A program made the position numbers and the translations under genes. A DNA stretch of 64,000 bases from an uncultured Acidimicrobiia bacterium. GTDB lineage: Bacteria > Actinomycetota > Acidimicrobiia > IMCC26256 > CAWATG01. Position 1 is the first letter of the stretch. The number at the start of each line of letters is the position of its first letter. Below the pieces are notes generated by a model that saw only the letters and a program-made list of their open reading frames with translations, was not told where the DNA came from and made no database searches. Positions 56,726 to 64,000 of this stretch are shown piece by piece. Location of the stretch: NCBI GenBank assembly GCA_963785035.1, contig CAWATG010000001.1, positions 22,744-86,743 on the forward strand, given 5' to 3'.

Positions 56726-59077
56726 ATGCTGAACATCATCGCGTCCGAGGGCGGGTACCAGACCTTCGAGCTCGCCGGCGGTGAGTGGTTTTGGCTTATC
56801 TTCTCAGCCGCCACCGCGCTGCTCGCTATTGCGGTCGGGTTCTATCTCATGCGAGGCGTGCTCGAAGCAGATCAAGGCACGCCGAAGATGATCGAGATCG
56901 CACAGGCGATCCAAGAGGGCGCGATGGCGTACCTCAGTCGGCAGTTCAAGACGATTGCCGTGATCGTCGTCCCGCTGGCTGTGGTTGTCTTCGCAACTGC
57001 GACCGAGGTCTACAAGGCCGATACCGAAATTGGCCTCAGCTTTGTGGCTTCGGGCATCTTCCGAACCCTGGCGTTCATCGCGGGCTGTGTGATGTCGGGA
57101 CTCACCGGATACATCGGTATGGGTTTGGCCGTCCGGGGCAACGTGCGCACTGCTGCTGCAGCGAAGAGCGGGTCGCTTCCGGCGGCGCTCAAGGTTGCGT
57201 TCCGCACCGGTGGCGTTGCCGGGATGTTCACCGTGGGACTCGGCCTGCTCGGCGCGACGACGATCATCATGATCTTCCAGAACACGGCGTCGGCCATCCT
57301 CATCGGATTCGGGTTCGGCGGTTCACTCATTGCGCTGTTTCTTCGTGTCGGTGGAGGCATCTTCACCAAGGCAGCCGATGTTGGCGCCGACCTCGTTGGC
57401 AAGGTCGAAGCTGGAATTCCTGAGGATGACCCGCGCAACCCCACGACTATCGCCGACAACGTCGGAGACAATGTCGGCGACTGCGCAGGCATGGCCTCCG
57501 ACCTGTTCGAGAGCTATGAGGTAACGCTTGTTGCCTCGATCATCCTGGGTGTCGCTGCGTTCAACTCCATCGGCGCGAATCCCGCGCTTGGATTGGTGTT
57601 CCCGGTCGCGGCACGTGCGATTGGTGTGCTTGCGTCGATCGCCGGCATCTTCGCCGTGCGCGCTACAGACAAGGACAAGTCGGCCATGGCGCCGATCAAC
57701 CGAGGTTTCCTCACCGCCGGGCTCTTGACGGTGGTGGGTACGACCATCGTCGCTTTGGCGTACGTCGGCAATGATTACGCAAATGAGGGATGGAAGTGCC
57801 TAGGCGCGGTGGTTGTCGGCCTGGTCCTTGCGCAGGCACTGAGCCGACTCACCGAGTACTTCACCTCCACGGAGCACTCCCCGGTGCGAGAGATCGCCGA
57901 GGCGGCGCGCACCGGCCCGGCCACCGTCGTGCTCTCGGGTATGAGTTCGGGCCTCGAGTCTTCCGTGTATGCCGTCATCCTCATTGCCGGAGCCCTCGGC
58001 ACGGCAATTGGCATGGGGGACGGCAACATTCAGTTCTCCTTCTACCTGGTTGCCCTCACAGGTATGGGCATGTTGGCCACGACCGGCGTCATCGTTTCCG
58101 AAGACACCTTCGGCCCGGTGTCCGACAATGCGGCTGGTATCGCCGAGATGTCGGGTGAGTTCAGCGGCGAGCCTGAGCGCATCATGGTGAGCCTCGACGC
58201 CGTCGGCAACACGACCAAGGCCGTGACCAAAGGGTTCGCCATCGGTTCTGCGGTCATCGCTTCGGTGGCCCTGTTCGCTTCGTTCGTCGAGACCATTGGT
58301 GGTGAACTCGGCCTCAAGGACGCCGCCGGACGCCTGCTCGAAGGATCGGACTTGTTCACGGCAGCCGCGTCGCAGGTCAACGTCGCTGAGCCGAAGATCT
58401 TCATCGGCATGCTCATCGGTGGTGCGATTCCATTCCTGTTCTCGGCTCTGGCGATTCGTGCGGTCGGCCGGACTGCCGGTGTCGTGGTTCAAGAGGTCCG
58501 GAGTCAGTTCGCGGACGGCAAGATCATGGCTGGGACGAAGAAGCCCGACTACGGCCCGGTGATCGACATTTGCACGGCAGCCTCGTTGCGTGAACTTGCA
58601 ACGCCGGCCCTTCTCGCCGTCCTCGGCCCGGTCATCGTCGGATTCGGTATCAGCTATCTCTCGTTGGGCGCATTCCTCGCGGCGGTCATTCTGACCGGCC
58701 AGCTCATGGCCAATTTCCTGTCGAACGCAGGTGGTGCGTGGGACAACGCCAAGAAGTTCATCGAGGACGGCAACGAGGGCGGCAAGGGATCCGATGCGCA
58801 CACGGCGGCCGTGATCGGGGACACCGTCGGCGACCCGTTCAAGGACACTGCGGGTCCGGCGCTGAACCCGCTCATCAAGGTGATGAACCTGGTGTCGCTG
58901 CTGATTCTTCCGGCGGTCATCAGCCTGCGAGACAACGACGCAGCAAGATTTTCGATCGCCGGAGTCGCGACGCTCATCTTGATCGGCGCAGTGATGTTCT
59001 CGAAGCGTAAGTCCGGCGGCTTACGAACCGTGACGCGTGATCTTTCGATCGACCTGGAGACCGCAGCCATCGACTGA
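56726..59077 (+). CDS. hppA: membrane-bound H+-translocating pyrophosphatase, K+-independent type
   Basis: 783 aa and highly hydrophobic. Motifs include GGGIFTKAADVGADLVGKVE, DNVGDNVGDCAGM, GNTTKAVTKGFAIGSA and AAVIGDTVGDPFKDT. An AAGGAG SD precedes the ATG at 56726. Confidence 0.9.
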   Translation: MLNIIASEGGYQTFELAGGEWFWLIFSAATALLAIAVGFYLMRGVLEADQGTPKMIEIAQAIQEGAMAYLSRQFKTIAVIVVPLAVVVFATATEVYKADTEIGLSFVASGIFRTLAFIAGCVMSGLTGYIGMGLAVRGNVRTAAAAKSGSLPAALKVAFRTGGVAGMFTVGLGLLGATTIIMIFQNTASAILIGFGFGGSLIALFLRVGGGIFTKAADVGADLVGKVEAGIPEDDPRNPTTIADNVGDNVGDCAGMASDLFESYEVTLVASIILGVAAFNSIGANPALGLVFPVAARAIGVLASIAGIFAVRATDKDKSAMAPINRGFLTAGLLTVVGTTIVALAYVGNDYANEGWKCLGAVVVGLVLAQALSRLTEYFTSTEHSPVREIAEAARTGPATVVLSGMSSGLESSVYAVILIAGALGTAIGMGDGNIQFSFYLVALTGMGMLATTGVIVSEDTFGPVSDNAAGIAEMSGEFSGEPERIMVSLDAVGNTTKAVTKGFAIGSAVIASVALFASFVETIGGELGLKDAAGRLLEGSDLFTAAASQVNVAEPKIFIGMLIGGAIPFLFSALAIRAVGRTAGVVVQEVRSQFADGKIMAGTKKPDYGPVIDICTAASLRELATPALLAVLGPVIVGFGISYLSLGAFLAAVILTGQLMANFLSNAGGAWDNAKKFIEDGNEGGKGSDAHTAAVIGDTVGDPFKDTAGPALNPLIKVMNLVSLLILPAVISLRDNDAARFSIAGVATLILIGAVMFSKRKSGGLRTVTRDLSIDLETAAID

Positions 59078-59290
59078 GGCTGAGGCTGAGGCCGAGGCTA
59101 AAGGGGTATAAAGGGCGCAATAACGCCGGTATCATGCAGTTCTGGCGTGCGGAGGGGTAGGAAGGCTCGGGCATCCGGTTAGGGTCGCGGCGCTGCGTTC
59201 GACGGTGGGACCACGGTTGAACGACATGTCATCGCAGATGCGTGAGGGATTCCTCAAGGTGCCCCCGACCCCGCGCCGATCGTCAGGACC

Positions 59291-62147
59291 ATGGCAGTGC
59301 CGAAATCTTTAGTCATCGTGGAGTCTCCAGCGAAGGCCCGGACCATTGCGGCGTTTCTCGGTGATGACTTCATCGTCGAGTCGAGTATTGGTCATATTCG
59401 GGATCTGCCGCGCAACGCCGATGAGGTTCCGGACCGGTACAAGGGCTCCGCTGCCGGACGTCTTGGTATCGATGTCGACGATCACTTCTCGCCGATTTAT
59501 GTCATTCCTGCATCAAAGCGCAAAGTTGTCGCCACGTTGAAAGCCGCGATGAAGCAGGCCGACGAGCTGTATCTCGCGACCGATGAGGACCGCGAGGGCG
59601 AGGCAATTTCCTGGCATGTGCTGGAAGTGCTGAAGCCGAAGATTCCGGTCAAACGGATGGTGTTCCACGAGATCACCCGCGAAGCAATCCATGCCGCGAT
59701 GGAGAACTCTCGAGATCTCGACATGAAGCTTGTCGAGGCGCAAGAGGGCCGGCGGGTTCTTGATCGCCTGGTGGGTTATGAAGTTTCGCCAGTGCTGTGG
59801 AAAAAGGTCATGCCGCGGCTTTCGGCCGGACGCGTGCAGAGCGTCGCGACACGGCTCGTTGTCGAACGCGAACGCGCCCGAATGGCATTCCGTGCGGGTG
59901 AGTACTGGGATCTCGAAGCGGACCTCGTCGCCAAGGGCGTCGCGTTCGCCGGCACATTGATCGAGCTCGATGGCAAACGCGTTCCAAACGGGAAGGACTT
60001 TGACGCCGCGACTGGACGCCTCGCGAGCCCTGCCGATTTCGTGCAGTTGGACGAGAGCGCCGCGACGGGTCTTGCCGAGCGCCTGCGGGATGCTGCATTT
60101 GTGGTGCGTTCCAGCGAATCGAGCGCATGGAAACAATCGCCTCCAGCCCCGTTCATCACCTCGACGCTTCAACAGGAGGCGGGCCACAAACTTCGATTTG
60201 GTTCGGCGCGTGCGATGGCGGTCGCGCAACGGTTGTACGAGCGTGGATTTATCACCTACATGCGTACGGACTCGACGAATCTCTCCGAGCAGGCCATTTC
60301 GGCAGCACGCGTCGCGTATTCGCGAGCTCTACGGCAGCGAATACCTGCCCGATGCTCCCCGCACGTATCGCCGTAAGGTCAAGAACGCGCAAGAGGCACA
60401 CGAGGCGATCCGTCCTGCAGGGGACCGGATGCGCACGCCCGATGAGGTCAAGGCAGAACTTGATGGCGATGAACGCCGTCTCTATGACCTCATCTGGAAA
60501 CGGACTATTGCTTGCCAGATGACGGACTCGCGCGGTCGGCGCGTCGCTCTACGGATCGGCGCGACCTCAACAGCTGGTGAGGCGGCAACGTTCGCCTCGT
60601 CGGGCCGCACCATTGAATTCCCGGGATATCTGCGTGCATATGTAGAAGGTGCTGACGATCCTGACGCAGAGCTCGGCGATCGTGAATCGCCGATACCGCC
60701 CGTTTCCCAGGGCGACGGCGTCGACTGCCGCGTCTTGTCCCCAAGTGGTCACAAGACCCAGCCTCCAGCACGTTTCTCCGAAGCCAGTCTCGTCAAGGAA
60801 CTGGAACAGCGCGGCATCGGGCGCCCCTCGACCTACGCAGCGGTGATCCAAACGATTCAGGACCGCGGCTATGTGTGGAAGAAGGCGACGGCGATGGTGC
60901 CGACGTGGGTTGCGTTTGCCACGATCCAGCTCCTGGAACGTCACTTCGAGCAGCTCGTCGATTATGGCTTCACCGCGACGATGGAAGAGGCCCTCGACGT
61001 CATCGCGACCGGTCAGGCTGCCACGGAGAAGTGGCTCGACGGGTTCTATTTCGGGAACGGCACACCCGGTTTGAAACAGCTCGTCGGCGATGAAGTCGTG
61101 GCGCAGATCGACGCCCGTGAGATGAATACGGTGCCGTTGGGCCTCGACGCCGAGGGTGTCGAGATCCTCGTACGTGTCGGACGCTACGGGCCGTACCTGC
61201 AGCGAATGGAAGAGCGGGCGTCGCTGCCCGAGGATCTCCCACCCGACGAACTGACCATCGACATGGCGCTCGAGTTGTTGGCTCGGGGGCGTGACGATGG
61301 ACGTGTCCTGGGAACGGATCCCGCGAGTGGCCTTCGCGTGATCGCGCGCGACGGACGTTACGGGCCCTATGTGCAGCTCGGCGAGCATGAAACCGATCAG
61401 GTGTCGGCCGACGACGGAACTTCCGCAAGCTCGGAAGCCGTCGCAAAGCCCAAGGGTCGCTCCGCTGCCAAGAAGCAGGAGAAGCTCAAGACGGCGTCGC
61501 TCTTCAAGACCATGACGCTCGAGGCGATCACGCTCGAGCAGGCGCTCGAACTGTTGAGCCTTCCAAGGGTCGTCGGTGTTGACGCGCAAGGTGTCGAGGT
61601 TTCCGCGCAGAATGGTCGCTACGGTCCCTATCTGAAGAAGGGTACCGACACGCGCAGCCTCGAGTCGGAGGACTTGATCTTCTCGATCACGATGGAACAG
61701 TGCGAAACACTTTTCGCTCAGCCGAAGCCGCGGGGTCGCCAGGCGAAGCCGCCATTGGCTGAGCTCGGTCCGCATCCAGATTCGGGCGCGAACGTCAGGG
61801 TCCTGGAAGGCCGCTTCGGACCTTACGTCACCGACGGATCGATCAACGCCTCCTTGCCCCGCGGCGTCACGCCTGAGACCTTCACGATGGACGAGGCGGT
61901 GGCGTTGCTGCGGGCACGTGCGGAGCGCGGTCCAGCCACGCCACGAAAGACCACGAAGCGCACGGCGAAGAAGGCAACGGCCAAGAAGGCGACCGTCGAA
62001 GAAGGCAACGGCGAAAAAGGCGACCGCGAAGAAGGCGACCGTCAAGAAGGCCACCGCGAAAAGGCCACCGCGAAAAAGGCGACCGTCAAGAAGGCGACGG
62101 GCTCCGCGTCCACGTCCGGCGATTACGACCTGCCAGACGATGTCTAG
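59291..62147 (+). CDS. topA: DNA topoisomerase I, frame-disrupted as assembled
   Basis: The Toprim N-terminus is LVIVESPAKARTIAAFLG...GHIRDLP. The active-site region FITYMRTDST is in ORF 59291-60376. The remainder (KNAQEAHEAIRP onward, C-terminal repeats, Lys-rich tail) is in ORF 59970-62147. The join lies near 60308-60317. Confidence 0.9.
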
Positions 62148-62233
62148 CGGCGCTCCGGGCAGTCACACCTGATTTCGGTGCGGTCGTCCGGACGGCGTAG
62201 GGTTCGTCCCTTGACACGTAGGCTTCAGGCTTC

Positions 62234-64000
<1,767 letters not shown>

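Noticed and set aside
59078-59102. GAGGCT hexamer repeats right after the hppA stop
   Set aside because: There are only about four imperfect copies in a non-coding spacer. No function is suggested. It is likely simple slippage.
60567-62054. 495-aa minus-strand ORF
   Set aside because: It is antisense to topA.

Overview
This is a high-GC, gene-dense chromosomal segment of actinobacterial type. Gene order parallels, from memory, the Mycobacterium tuberculosis Rv3644c-Rv3721c region: dnaX-ybaB-recR, ask-asd, an ArsA-like ATPase pair next to whiB, a Tad-like pilus or secretion locus next to a DEAH helicase, and topA-tmk. Interleaved are an ethylmalonyl-CoA pathway cluster (thiolase, ccr, epimerase, pccB/accE, ecm, hbd), Fe-S assembly genes, glnA with an atypical response regulator, nadE, a group-2 sigma factor, K+ uptake genes and an H+-pyrophosphatase. 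I found no CRISPR array, rRNA gene, intact prophage or recognisable defence system. Five things deserve a second look. (1) Two secreted beta-propeller proteins share a C-terminal six-fold 42-aa GYW/DGGIFxFGDA repeat module. In one of them the repeat is encoded by nucleotide-identical 126-bp tandem units. (2) A 3.3-kb islet is bounded by a 45-nt duplication of the tRNA-Pro 3' end plus flank. It carries an ECF sigma/anti-sigma pair, a possible IS3 orfA remnant and an Excalibur-domain lipoprotein, but no integrase. (3) About a dozen single-base frame disruptions lie in conserved genes, including essential topA. This points to indel errors in the assembly rather than real gene decay, except possibly for a GGDEF gene. 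(4) Compensating frame switches in the Lys-rich topA tail turn a basic repeat into an acidic patch. (5) Several small unlisted ORFs and short tandem or palindromic motifs sit in intergenic DNA. All assignments rest on reading the translated ORFs and the DNA by eye. No database search was run.
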